Shown: positions 12,287-26,100 of the stretch, one piece after another
Numbering within the stretch: position 1 is the first letter of the stretch
Layout of the letters: the number at the start of each line of letters is the position of its first letter
Assembly (NCBI GenBank): GCA_040954595.2
Contig: CM082597.2
Coordinates: forward strand, 7,770,343 to 7,834,342
Source of the DNA: Balanoglossus misakiensis
Taxonomy: Eukaryota; Animalia; Hemichordata
Direction: 5' to 3'
DNA length: 64,000 nt
Made by a program: the position numbers and the translations under genes
Notes under the pieces: generated by a model
Seen by the model: the letters and a program-made list of their open reading frames with translations, nothing else
Database searches by the model: none
What the model was told of the DNA's origin: nothing

Positions 12287-13559
12287 GTTTCATGGTTGAT
12301 CATGTGGTATGTCGAACATACACCAATATCTGACAAAGTTTGATAAGTTTAATCCGGTGGATAAACTTTTTTATTGGGGGGGGGGGTCACATTTTACAAA
12401 TGAAGAATTTAGGGGGGGGGACACATTTTAGAAAAGTAATTTCGAGGGGGGGTTGCCTTTTACATTTAGTCGGCGACTCAAATTCCACCGCCCCCCCCCC
12501 CCTCCCTGTAAAAAACGAATGCTCCCTTAGAATGTGAGATTGTTGGGCGTGGCTTCCTTTGGGTGAAATTTGCGTGTGTATTTTTGTAATTTTTGCTCAA
12601 AAACTAAAAATTGATGTCTATTATGGCTTTATTTCTGTTGCTACGATCAGGTGTGTCGCCATTTGAGTGAGCCATCATTGATTACGGCCGGGGGGGGGGG
12701 GGGGTTAGAGGAATAGAGGGGATGGTATCACTGAAAAATGGAAAGTTGCAAGGGGTTTCTCAAGTAGAGACTGGGGGGCGGGGGTGGTGACTACTCATTT
12801 TCATGTTCCATTTTGTATATGTATGTATTTTATATACTATTGGACAGTATGGGATCCACTGTCTGTCTGTATCTCTGTCTGATATGTATCACAAGAAGAA
12901 ATGCAACATTTCTATCCCTGCACTAGACCATTTCTGGTCATTTTGCTCTGTTTGTGGGAGATAAACAAACACTGAGGGAGGGGAGGGGCAAATCAGAGGG
13001 GGAGGGGTCTCCTTATTTTGCAGTCTGTGAAAGGGTGGGTCAGCAAGTGTTTTTGGAGGGTGGGGTGGGTCACCTATTTTTTCTACCACCTAACACTGAA
13101 ACTAAATGTATATCAAAACCAGTAAATCTCTTGTTAAAAACATCTGGTTGATTAATTTTAATATCACATACAAACTCTTTTATATAAAAGTACATCTGCT
13201 TAGTATTTATAAATCCTGAATTAAGACAAGAAATATTTAATTCCAATCTAAAGGACTGTCTTTCCTCTGCTTTTGGTGTAAACTATAAAGGAGGCGTACA
13301 TGTCAGATCTGCTTCTAGGATTTCATTTGGAAACAATGAGAAATATGTTCTGTGTAAACCAGCAGTGGTCTTTGTTTCTGTTATTAACTGACATCTGCCT
13401 GACATTTTTTTACAGATCTAGATTATCACCAGTTATCTGAAATTGTTTTCCCTATGACACATTTGTTATGATTTCTTCTTTGTATCTTCCTCCGATTTCT
13501 AAAATAATCTGGAAATCAACCATGTCACTGTACTTTTCATCATGTTTGGATAGATTAAA

Positions 13560-13900
13560 GGGACAAAGTCTCTCTCTCGCTGCCCTTTTTCTATTAATTA
13601 TGTTTGATACAAGACACCGTTTCTGTCATTCTACATGTGTATATATAGTGAATCAACGTTAGATTACACACAACTTCCATCCCATTTGTAGGATATGAGA
13701 GTAAAAATTCGCCCAAAATGAATAAATTGTAGAGACCAATTATTCATTTCGGCAAGTTTTTCATTAACACACATGGTTTTTGTCTTCATTTCTTGAGAGT
13801 GCCTGTGTACTCTATGTTTGGGAACTAGTGAAGAAAGATGTTTAAATTTGTGTAAATTCTTTGTAATGATTCTTGATACAAAAAACATTTAATTTGATCT
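13560..13900. mobile_element. Fragment of the TTAA|AGGGACAAAGTCTCTC MITE family (also 15845 and 26199-26531)
   Basis: 13560-13770 is a close match to 26199-26400. Confidence 0.7.
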
Positions 13901-14339
13901 AAAGATTTCTCTTTCCTCTGCTATCGGTATAAATGATGAAGGGGCATATATTTAGATTAGCTTGTGGGATTTCCCTTGGAAACAATAAAAAATCTATTCT
14001 GTCAAATAATAAAATCAGTGTAAACAAATGGTGGTCTTTGTATAACATCTGGCTGCCTGACATTTTCTTTCAAATCTAGACTTTCACCAGCCATGTGCCT
14101 TCTTGAAAAACATAACATTTAAAAGCTTTTAGTCAAATGTGTGATTTCTATAGCAGCATCTGTCAGACCACATACTGGTCTAAGTGAAGGTTGGCCGTCA
14201 ACATATCAGGCAACCTCATGTTTCTTTAAGTTCTCAGCTGTGTTTTGGTTTTCTTCAGATTCTTTCATCATCTAGTTTTTGTAAACAAATAAAGAGCCAG
14301 GGTTTCTTATATTGACTTTCTGAAAGTGTAACTTGATTT

Positions 14340-14660
14340 TTGTAGGTCCCATTGGTATAAACATATATACCATGGGAGCTTATGGGATCGGTTGCGTCTG
14401 TATGTATTTATGTATGTATGTATGGATGGATGGATGTCTGTATGTCCGTCCACTTCAAAAACTTGAAAACTGCTGCGTGTATCACCTTGATATTTGGTGT
14501 GCTGATGCAGGCTGGGCTGTAGACTGGAGTTTGTTCAAATGAAGTTCTCGTTGCCAAAATATGCAAATTAGCTGGAAAATGTGAATTTGGTCAAAACTCA
14601 GTAACTCAAGAACTACTGGTCAGATTGCTTTGCAAAGTGGTGTGTATTTACTTTATTGAG
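14340..14660 (+). mobile_element. Non-autonomous Helentron/DINE-1-like fragment (hairpin head, then TATG microsatellite)
   Basis: GGTCCCATTGGTATA...TATACCATGGGAGC hairpin, then TTATGGGATCGGTTGCGTCTG and (TATG)n. The same head recurs at 19852-20190, split by a MITE. Confidence 0.55.
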
Positions 14661-16559
14661 TTGTTTTAATTAGGAAGGAACTCCCTCCTGTGTTTCTTAT
14701 AAACACAGCAAATTCCTGAATGATTACATAACTGGCTAAGTTTTAAAGAGGCCAGCTGTTCTATTTAGTGTATGTACAGTACATATGCCATTGGCAGCTT
14801 ATGGGTCAGTCAGTGCTTGCCCATTGATCTCTCTCTATGTGTGTGTGTGTCTGTCTGTCTGTATATGGCCATGTACTCCGGTGTAGAATTTTTCTTGTGT
14901 AAACCCTCAATGGGACCACCGTGTTCTTGACGCATTTTTTTTTGTTTACATCACCTGTAGCCTAATAAGGCTTTACATTCTATTTTATTCCATTTAGTTT
15001 CAAATTTACTGCGCTTAACAGGGGTAATGCTAGGATTTTAAAATTGTTAGCCACAGATTTTTACCGTGGCGAATGGGTTGAAGAATTTTTTAGCCACACA
15101 CAACTTTCTTTACCCACACAACTTTTACACAATAAAAAAACATATATATTCAGCTTCATCTTGCTTTAATCTTTCTGTAATTTTGTTTTTAGATCTCTAA
15201 TCACTGTCATCTCCATAGTTAGCTGAAACAATTTTAAGGATGTATGCACAGAACATAAACCGGAAAAGTGGGCGCACCCGTCTTTTTCCTATAGGATTAC
15301 ATTGATAATCGCTGGAAAACATGTTTCTACTATTGTCATTTTCACGAAATTTTACACATAGCTCAGTCAAGTAAATATAAATTCATTGGTCAAATAAAAT
15401 ATAGGGGTCACCTCGCTCTATTTTGAGATAAATTGTGTTAAAAAATTTGCCCATAGACAAACCATTGGTAAAAAAATACTGAGTCAGCAGTTTTCTTTTC
15501 TTATCGACTAAATTCATGGCTCTGTATTTCAAAAAACAAGTGCGGTGACCCCTATATTTTATTACAGATTTTCATTATATATGTACAAAAGAGAATCCAA
15601 AAATCCATAATAAAAAAAAAATGACAACACTTTCAATTTTACTGAACGTACATCATTAATTGCCTCACTCAATTTGTCAACACCTTTCTTTTTGACTGGT
15701 AACTCATCCTCTACTTTATGCTTCTGTTGCTCACTATCCATTACAACCAACTTGTACACATTTCTTCTATCGTTTTGGAGTGTCCACCTTTTGAAAACAT
15801 CTTTAAAGTTGAAACTCTGAAGGGCCTTCAATATTGATCTTTAAAGGGACAAAGTCTCTCTCTCGCTGTTATAAATTCTCCTTTCCGTAATCTGTTCAGC
15901 CACATTTGGTTTTCTTTCCAGAATTTAAGTTGTAAGCACGTTGCATACAAAGCACGCTAAACATTTTGCCGTTGGCCGAATTTCTGATCTCTTCATCCTC
16001 CATGACACGCAATTTGACTGCCACACCTTTGCTGGAGATTTGAGGTGACGTGCTATTTTGCATAACAGAGACTGCTGGCCTATATTGTACCTGAATTAAC
16101 TATTATTATTAGAATTATGTGGAAATTGTTTATAATCATGGTCAACTAAACATGTCAATAAACTATAGACATAAACTGTGATCATGTCCTTGGTGAATAT
16201 TGGACGTGATACAGACAGGTCTGTTGTCTTTCCACAGTTGTATTATACTAAATCACGCAACATACTAATGCATACCACATACGTTGATTCAACCAGCTAG
16301 TATTATCCGATAAAATTTAACGTTTATATTCATGATATTAAAAGTATACGTAATACTCGACTGCTGTTTTGTTTAAACACCCTCCCCAGGTGGTCAATCT
16401 TGTGTTATATCATTAGTTGGAATTTTCGGAGGGTAAAATAATGATCTCTTCTCCCGGATAGAGCGAGAAAACCAAATAATTGGTTTAACTGATGAGACAT
16501 AAATTTAAAAACAAACTTCACTTCTGAAAGTAAAGTCTATCTCTTTATTAGGGATGGAT

Positions 16560-17350
16560 CTGTGCGGAACAGCGTGGGTTGTCGTTAGTGTTGGTGACGT
16601 CGTAAGGCTACTGGGAACTTCCTTGAGTACGCTGTTGCTATGAGCGCAATAGTCACTCAACCTGTGATTGTATTTTCAGTGGTCGCAGCACAACACCTGG
16701 ACTGAACGATTCAGTCGTGTGTGGGCGCTCCGGCAATGCCCAGTCTGGAAAGAGTCTACAGGTACGTCGCCATCCAATATTCGAGAAACCTAGAGTTAAG
16801 TTGCTCTCCCAGTCGCTGAGAGAGAGAACGACGTATATGTACACCCGGTCAGTACCTGTTGCCGGTCAGTTCGCGGAAAGAGCGTTCTCATTTTGTTTCT
16901 CGCGATACTCATTATTGGCACGATACTTGAAACTCGTCGTCAATGTTTTATGGCTGTTCACATCGACAATAAGCTGAAGTTTCAGAGTAGAGACGCGCGC
17001 GCTCGACTTGGCGCTGGAGCGGTCTTTTTTAAAGTAAGTATAATCGTTGTGTTATCGTTCAGTCGGATTTTAAGGTAGCTAGGAAAAGGTGCAATTTAAT
17101 ATTCGCGCTGTCGACGCTGTTGTCACTTTTTTTCTTTGAAAATAACATACATAGTCCACGTTGGTCCCTCATGCACAAACAGGACCATACATCACATGTC
17201 CAGTTTGACGCAGTTTTAGCGAGCTTTCCACGTTTTCAGTAAAGAACGTATCGTAGGCCATGCAGTTGCCGGTCACCTGCAGACTATCGGCGTAATGACA
17301 CGCAATGCAAGGCTGGACCTGTGGAACTACGGAAAAATGATCAGCTCAGT
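16560..17350 (+). promoter_or_regulatory. CpG-rich region; candidate promoter and 5' UTR exon of the LRR gene
   Basis: High CpG density relative to the flanks, a donor-like AAA|GTAAGT at ~17034, and an acceptor (TTAACAG, 19668) just upstream of the ATG, implying an upstream non-coding exon. Confidence 0.4.
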
Positions 17351-18973
17351 TGCAATTATTCAAACTTTTCTTTTTTAGCCATCCTAAAGCAAACAAATTT
17401 CTCATTCCCCTGTAAAATTGTATTTACTTGATCAAAGATATGTATAGGAGAGCATTCCCAGTTAAAACTGTCAAACTGGAAATGGAAAAATCTGTTTCTG
17501 ATCATGTTGATTTAAAATGTCAAAGCCTATGACCGGCGACTGGGACAGGTGACCGCACCATGGTCTAGCTCATTCAAGAGTTTGTTTTTTACCCTTACTT
17601 TCGTTCGCTTGGCCGAAAGTTATGATTGTTAGTGTTGCATACTGCATGCATGGGTACAGGCATGCATTATCGCTCTATAAAAACACACCAGAATCGTCAC
17701 ATTCTAAAATTGTCACACCCACCCACATACATGCCCCTATGAATGTTCAGTGGTAGAAACTTTGGCAACATACTTATCTTGGAAGAAATAGAGCTGGTTT
17801 GCAGTGGAGAAAGGTCGCTACCAATAAGCGTGGGGACGCGGTTATTATGTCATTCTAATAAATACTCAAGTTGAACCACAAAATGACGCGCTACAGGTTT
17901 CAAATAGTAAATGTCTGAAAAGTAAACCGTACTGAATTCCGTGCAAGTGTAGAAATTACAGCATTGTCACAAGTCTGGTGATATTATGGTCGGTAATGTG
18001 TAGCGCCAAAATATGTAAAAACACCTGTTTTTGTGACAAGCAGGTCTTTAATAATGGATCACTACTTAACATCACTTCACCTGCACAATAATAAGGCCAA
18101 AAAATAATATGTGCTATTCCGATTACATGGTTTTCGAAAATAGGGTAGGTAGGTTTTTTGTTTTTTGCATTTTTCATAAATACTAGAGCATGGGTTTTTA
18201 TTTATAATAGCAGTGTTTTCCAGTCGCTTGTTGAAATTTTGATTCAAAATAACAGTCCATACCCAACACGCACACACCATGGATCGCCCGGTAATGTCAT
18301 CACTGTTATAGTAGTGCATGCTACAAATCCGACGTTCACATTCAAGACGAAACGTTGGATAAAGTGGTTGCAAGCGGTTAACAGTGTGTATAGTGTGAAA
18401 CAGGGTAATGACATTCACAGTGTAAATGTCGAAGTGTAGTATTAGTTTACATTTATTTCATGAGCGTATTTTGGAGGTGAGAGGGAAGGCAGCTGCTGTG
18501 ACTTAGGCCTACTACTAATTGTTCACAAATTGCGCAATTAGGCAAATCACCCAGGCTCTGAAAGCACATATATCTCTTGCGTATATATTGTGAATTTGAT
18601 AGTGTTGCCATTATATTCAGGTAAATATCGCGGTATGTTTGTACGGTTTCCCTATACAATTTAGCATTCGTGTACATGTTGACAGTAATACACACCGTAA
18701 TACACACATAGGCTTTACATAAGAACACGTACACACCTGTGGAGAGAACTTGATCCCGGGTATCAAGTCCCTAGCCCTATGTGTAAGTTGTAAATAATCG
18801 CACACAAGCTACTTTACCATTTAGTGTTTTGTAACAGATGGACGTCGACTAAGAGCATACGATCATCGATGTGTAGTCTGCATCATTGACACCCCCCCCC
18901 CCGCTTTGCATTTATTTTCAAGGAATTGGGTGACCGTGATGTTTAAACTTATAAATTCAGGCAATTTGTTTAG

Positions 18974-19230
18974 GCCTAATAAAATATATGTGCTGTTCCG
19001 ATTACCCGACCTACCCTCAATTTTAACCCGCCGACCCTAAACTTTTTAAAGCTTCGTCAACCGGAAGTAAAAATAACGATGTCAAATATACAAAATTTAT
19101 GTAAATCGCGCGCATTACGCAAAAACTATGACGTCATTCTCCTACACTACGGCGGCCAAATAAAAAGATACAAAAAATTCAAAATAAAAAAATGTCCCTA
19201 CCTACCTACCCTATTTTTGAAAAACATGCA
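18974..19230. mobile_element. Truncated copy of the GGCC-terminal MITE; another end lies at ~18095-18170
   Basis: Close match to 19885-20140 (GTGCTGTTCCGATTACCCGA...CTACCTACC). Confidence 0.75.
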
Positions 19231-19259
19231 ATTGAGCAGTACATTTAGGACGGTTAATA

Positions 19260-20910
19260 ATCTGAGATGCTTCAGAACCATCTTAATGGTGCCTGTGTGA
19301 CCCCCATATGAGACATATTTGCGTTTGGTAAGCACAGAGCATTACTCCTTTGTTTCGCGTTGTGTCCACACACACAAAGTTTATGTATACAACAAATGTA
19401 CCCGGTAGGCACTGTGGTTCGGCCCCATACACAATGGGTTGCGGAAAGGTGTTAATCTTTACACCAGCTCAGGTCTAGCCGGAAAAGCCGTCTCAAATCT
19501 AAGCTGTTTCAGAATCACTTAAACCGTTCACACATAATAATTTACGCCAGTATTTCATCTCAGACACTTCAGAACCGTCTTAATGGTGTGTGTGTCACAC
19601 AAATATTACTGGGGTCCCCAAATCTTTTACCAATTTCCTTTAACCTTTGCAAAAACCTCTGTTAACAGGGGAGGCGTTGCACAATGATGAAGAAGATGTC
19701 TGCAACTTTGCGCCGTCTCCTGGCAACAGTGGTCCTCTGTATCGTGATATCCGGTACTGATGGACAGTGGACTGGTGCTGAGTATTGGAATACAAGATAC
19801 GGTGACCAAGGAATTGCCTATGACACAAGTAAGGCATACCTGATAATTTGAAGGTCCCATTTGGTATATACCAGTAGGACCTTAGGCCAAAATAAAAAAA
19901 TTTGTGCTGTTCCGATTACCCGATCTACCCTAATTTTAACCCGCCGGCCTAAACTTTTTAGATCTTCGAAAACCGGAAGTAAAAATAACGATGTCAAATA
20001 TATACAAAATTTATGAAAATTGCGCAAATCACGCAACAACTATGACGTCATTCCTCTACACTACGGCGCCAAAGATATAAAAAAGTGCAAAATGAAAAAA
20101 AATTCCCTACCTACCTGCCCTATTTTTGAAAACCATGTAATCGGAACAGCACGTATTATTTTTTGGCCTTATGGGATCGGTTGCGTCTGTTCATTTTAGG
20201 GAAAATTTCTGTCATTTTTAGGTGAAAAATTTCCCTGAAACTGATTGTCCCCTTGCTTTGCAATTTAGTTAACAGTTTCCTAGAGGAATTCTTGTTATGA
20301 TAAATCAAAATTATAGTCAAAATAGACGTCTTGTATGTTTTTCATTCTGGTGAAAAATACTATTAATCAGGAAGTGTATAACTGATGATTTAAAAATCGA
20401 GTTGTAAGCTAATGGGATGTGCTTCTTTATAATTATAATCGAATCAAATCAAAGTGAAATTGGAATTGTTATATTTTGTCTAATACAAGAAAAGTTTTCC
20501 TCTCAAGAAGAAGAAAAACTGTACATACTTCTTTGCAAGAGAGAGAAAGCAATCATTTGAGTATGTTTACACAGAGAATTTCTATGTTTGCTAAACTTAG
20601 GCCAACTGTCAAGAGACCAGTACCAGGTTCAGACGGAAAAATGTGAGACACTATTTGCCGATGGTAAACACAGAGCATTAATACTTTGAGTCGCGTTGTG
20701 TCCACACACACAAAGTTTATGTATAGGCGCTGAGGCTCTGTCCCATAGACAATGGGTTGCGGAGATGTGTTAATCCTTACACCAGCTCAGATCTGGCTGG
20801 CAAAGCCGTCTCAAATCTAAGCCGTTTCAGAACCACAAAACACTGTCCACACGTGTTCTTTTTAAGATATTATCTGATCTGAGATGCCTCAGAACCGTTT
20901 TAATGGTTTG
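19260..20910. repeat. Two dispersed copies (~19330-19590 and ~20668-20910) of an unclassified repeat flanking the first coding exon
   Basis: Both contain CAGAGCATTA...TCGCGTTGTGTCCACACACACAAAGTTTATGTATA...AAAGCCGTCTCAAATCTAAGC...TCAGAACCGT. Confidence 0.7.
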
Positions 20911-21479
20911 CCCGTTGATCTGGCTATATTATGTCTGTCTGTGTACATGTCTATCTATCTGTCTGTGTGTAAACCTTTTCCTGTGTAGTCCCTAAATGGG
21001 ACCACAGTGTCATCGACATTTGTTTTGCTTTCCAATATTTCGGACTTTCATCGCATTTTTCCGACATTTTTTCATCAAGCAAAGACATCTAATTGATTCA
21101 AGTGTTCATAGGTATACCGGTACACTAAATTTGAATTAAATAGTCACTTTAATGGACCCCTAATTCTGGGACACTGAAAATCTTTTCACTGTTTGAGGAC
21201 AAGACTGGAATTAGTAAACTGGTATTATAAATGTAACATTACACTATCAACCCCAGAAAAGATTAATATGTAAAGTATAATTTGTTTAGTAAATTAACTC
21301 AGAGAACTGCCAGAAAAATATTTACTGGTGTCGGTTGCAGGTGATATGTGGTTTTGGTCACAAAGCTCTACATTGAACGAAAATTATGACCGTCGAAGAT
21401 CTGTCTACAGTGGACCGAATTGTGCTGGATGCTCCTGCGATTACACACATCAAACTGTAACATGTACTGGGACTTCCAT
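19684..21479 (+). CDS. Signal peptide exon (19684-19828) and LRRNT exon (21341-21479)
   Basis: MMKKMSATLRRLLATVVLCIVISGTDG... is a basic-hydrophobic-small signal pattern. The phase-1 join A|GT leads to ...GPNCAGCSCDYTHQTVTCTG, a Cys cap. Confidence 0.8.
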
Positions 21480-23026
21480 GTAAGTATGAATGTATATGAG
21501 GTTATTACGAAAATACTCGGACATTAGCGCAGCGCATAACCCCCCGCTACGCGTCGGGCGATACTTGGCGCTAATGTCCTCTTGCATACTTTGGGGTATT
21601 TTCGTAATAACCTTATTATTATACATCTTACATCTCCGTTAGTTCTTGTGTTGCATGTTACTTGGCTTTCAAAACGCCCAAAATGCCGATACAATCGATC
21701 GAAAACTGCTCAGTTGACTCAGTGAACAGCCATCTTTCTTTTTTGTTTACGTGCGTTGGAGTTGGGGTGTCTTGAAACCGTCCGCATAACAGCGCATACC
21801 TGTACACAGTGAGTTGGGGCGCCTTGGAACTTAAGGCGTATTTAACACGCGTTCCGTACGTACCGTTCCGTACGGCTTTTTATTGCACGCTAAATTCCAT
21901 TGTTCTCGGTGCCAGATGTATAATAATTCTTGTTATATGTACTATGTAGTAAACAGGAGACGTGTTCTGTTAACTGTACGAAAATACTTCTACTCTAATG
22001 AACAAAATGAACAGTTAAATTTGATGTCAAAGCAGACCAAACACTCCTAAAATATTGATAATCATATTTTAGTGACAAATATAAACCCTTTTTTCATTTC
22101 CAGAAACCTGGCAAATATAGCATATCTGAGAGAGATCTCAGCTGATATGTTTAGAAATCAGCAGAACATCAGACAAATGTAAGTATGAACATTATTGCAT
22201 ATATACTGCAGATTATTCTGTGGAACACTACTACTTCGGTATATGCTGAAATGACCCGATTTGTGTCATTTCTTGATTTCTTTTTCCAGAACAATTACTG
22301 GAAGTAGTTTCAGCGCTATCCGGAATAATACATTTGGCAAGATGGAAAAATTGACAAAGTTGTAAGTATGCAAGTTGTGTTCCACTCGTATCCAAAATGG
22401 GTCGTATTGTTGCTATGGTAGCGGTGTTGCTTTTCAACATATTTGTTGATGATATTTGTTTCATCGTTATCTGTAATAGTCAATGTTTATTATGCATTTC
22501 TGCATCTCTTGCTTTTTGATAATATCACCAAATGTTTGCAAATTTTTGTCATTATTGAACACTGATTTACTGCCAGCTAAAGACTAGGATTTATTGTGGT
22601 TTATCTTCAAATTTTAGGACCATCCAATACACAGCTCTACAGGATATACCAGATCTGTCACACTGTATTGCCCTTGAGGAACTGTAAGTTATAAATCCGT
22701 GTTATCCCAACATTTTAGTTTGTATTACATTGTAAAATATAATTGGCCAGTTCTCCACAGAACACTGATTCACTTGAAAGCATATTTAGTTAAATTCAAA
22801 GTGAAATTTATAAATAGTCAATTTTCTTTTGTAAAAATCAATGATTGTTCCTGTGACGATAGAGATGGGGCAAAAATTAATAAGGTTGGTCTGATTTTTC
22901 TTTCATTATATCGGACTATTATTATTACCAATGTCCTCATCAGATCACATTTCGATTTTGGTGAAAGCCTCTTTTGCCCAACAAATTTGCTTTGTTGTTA
23001 GTCAGAAGTCGAGATTTGTGTACAAA

Positions 23027-23069
<43 letters not shown>

Positions 23070-23125
23070 AACAACGGAAGTGAACCGAACTGAACTTTAT
23101 TTCATCGGGAATATTAGCAATCGTT

Positions 23126-23169
<44 letters not shown>

Positions 23170-26100
23170 TTATGGATAAACGGTTAGTCTTTGTTTAGGA
23201 ATTAGAAGAGAGAAGAACATTTCCTAGTTGCAAATTCCTTGGTCTTTCATTGTGAGCTAAATGGTGTCGAGTTTACAGTAGTTTATTCTTTGTATTGGCA
23301 CTTCTCATTTCAGTGATCTGGGCCGAAACCGCATCCAGTTTTTCACTGCCACATACAGCGAACTCAGCTGGCCGTCTACTCTTACTAAAGTGTGAGTACC
23401 GTAGTAGTTGTTTATTACATTTCCTCTTGTGTCACTTGTCAGCATTTTGGTCTTGACAAGTTTGCATCAGTTAAAAAGTACACATAGAGTTGTTTGAGTG
23501 TATCTTCTTTTCTAAAAGAATTCACAAACAACATGACAAATGTTAATGATTTTACAGAAAGCTGCTTTGTCTGATGTTAGGTCTCATATCTTTCGTCATT
23601 TCCAAACAATATTTTTGCTTTTCTTCTTATAGATGGTGTATGTCGTCTCTGTGACGACTCCTTCAGCTGTGGACTGTAGTTTCACAGCCAGTGATTTTTC
23701 CCTGTGACAGTTCACCTGATACATTTAGTTCGATCAAAATGTTTTCTTGACACAAGGTTTCATAACATGTTTGATTTTGGAAGCAACACCGTGCATGTTT
23801 AGTTGTTAAACGTAATTCTGTAAAGTTGTCTGTTCTCTCATATTTACACAGGAGTTTAATGGAGAATTCCATAGACTGGGTCCCAAATGCTCTATTCAAC
23901 GGCACCAACATTGAATACCTGTAAGTACATTTGGCATCCAGTCATTCATTGAAAAAAACTTGAACCGGGAATACTCGGGTAGATTTGGAGTGCACGAGGC
24001 CAGTGTTTGTCCTATACTTGAGATAGGAGACACTACATGTCTTGTTCGTGAGACATCGACTATTTGTGCTTATTCTTGAACCCTAACACAAGCCTGCATT
24101 TGGCTCCCTGGGATAAAATCCTTGTCGCTCTACATTTGAAATCGTACCCAACTGCTAATATATGTAGCATATATATAATTCTGGCTGCCTTAAATAGGTT
24201 TGTACTTCAAGCTAGGGGTTAAATAACATTATTATAATTGCCTTCTGGGTAAAAGGTCGACAACTCTCTGTAATAGGAGATAACATAAATTATATGTTAA
24301 TTGTGTAACATGACTTCCTTTTGTCTTTGTAGTCAGCATATTGAACTCATTAAACTTTTTTCACTTTTATTTTTGTGTGTGTTACAAAGTGACCCGCTAT
24401 CACTTTAACTTATGATCTTTCATTTGGTAAATATGGTAAAAATCGGCCATCTTGAAATTGTGTCAACTATATGAGATTTTCATCGCTCACCTATGTAGCA
24501 AAAACATATTTAACCAAGTAATCATGAACAACATTTACTGAGGTTGTCATGTTTTTTTTTCACTGCAGTGACCTGAGTAAGAATGACATCCCAAGATTTC
24601 CCACATCAGCCTTGGAAAACATGAACAACTTGATATTTCTGTAAGTTCTATTCTGAATAAGGAGTCACACAGTAGTCTGTTCTGGCAGTTTACTCATTGT
24701 TGAATGTTCTTTTGAAACACATTATGGTGGTTGGTTCGATTGTACAAACTCAGAACACCTACTTGGGTAGTCATTGGTTACACGATTGAAAACATAACAG
24801 AAGTTTAGACTTACAATCAAGTCATTTATCATTGATGACAAGCTACATACTTGGCATTTCGTCATTCTTTAATATGAATTACGTGATCTGGCCGTATGAC
24901 CCACGGCATTGTCGTTCCCATGTGATGGCGGCATCCAATTATTTTTTTCCGAGTATGTTTATACTTAGGAACCGTCAGACACGTATCAGGTATGGTGCCT
25001 CATCAGCCTCATGGCGTTTCGTCTGCACTGTCGTTGTCTGCACCACGTGCTGAAGTTGCCCGTCAACAGTGGAAATTTGAATGCCAACGTAACGGCGCCT
25101 GTCTGCACTGATGTTGTTTGATATCAGAGAATTGTTCTAAAGAATAAAATGAGACATACAAACAGACACACGGAACATAATTGTCTGACATTTTGGTGAT
25201 CAAAAGTTACTGTTAACTTAAAAGCCTGTTGAGGGTATATTGTTCCATCTGAATCATTCAATGTTACTATCATCTGTGATTTAGATCTCTGGATTATAAC
25301 CGGATAAAGTCAATTTCCAAGAGGAAACTGGCTGTCTTTGCAGGAGGACCTTTGCAGCATTTGTAAGTCTGTTCAATTGAACTAATATTCAAAACAAAAT
25401 GACACAAGATCTGTAATTCATCTGGTATTATATTACCATGGCCTGTGCATCGCATTTTGATTGGTCGAGATGAACGACGTCACTGGCCACAAATACTCAG
25501 TATATGGGTTGTTTACATGCCCGTAAATCTGAATAGTAATATTAGCAAACAGTTCAGTGAATACAACATTTTGCGTAACACAAGTTCCGGGGCCCCCAGT
25601 GGGACATTTTCGAAAGATTTTGACGGTTTTCTTGACTTTGTTGGTAATATAATGGAAATAACCGACCTCGCCCTGACCATAAATGTTTCTTTATGGGCGC
25701 GGGCTCGAGGAAAGCCAAAATTCATGGGCTCGATCGGAAGCCTCGCCCATGAATTTTTGGCTTTCCCCTCGCCCTTGCCCATAAACAAACGTTTATGGTC
25801 AGGGCGTCGTCCATTATTTCTATAGTAGCCATCATCCTAGCTTTGACCAGAATATTAAATAATATGACACAGTTCAGTAAGCTGGACGCTTTGAAGTGTA
25901 GTTTTACAGACCATCATCACGACAACTTGCCATTATTCTCCATATACTGCCACAAAATGTTTGGTCTGGCATGGAAAGTAGCACCCTGGGAAATCTGTTG
26001 CTCAAGCGGGCTCTAACGTTATGTAAAGTCATATATGTAACTAGATTGTACATGTCCGATCAGTTTACGTATCCATAATCTCATATTTTCTTTTCAGAAA

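Larger units (their letters stand above)
4010..12526 (+). mobile_element. Full-length Zator-superfamily DNA transposon (8.5 kb), probably inactive
   Basis: TIR GGGAGCATTCGTTTTTTACAGGGAG(n)CGGTGGAA at 4010-4051, with its reverse complement at 12483-12526. TTA on both flanks (4007-4009, 12527-12529). GG termini, a TWA TSD and the transposase motifs match Zator. Confidence 0.9.

Noticed and set aside
21395-21415. Furin cleavage site (DRRR|S) before the LRRNT
   Set aside because: It lacks the P4 Arg of R-X-K/R-R; dibasic processing is possible but unsupported.
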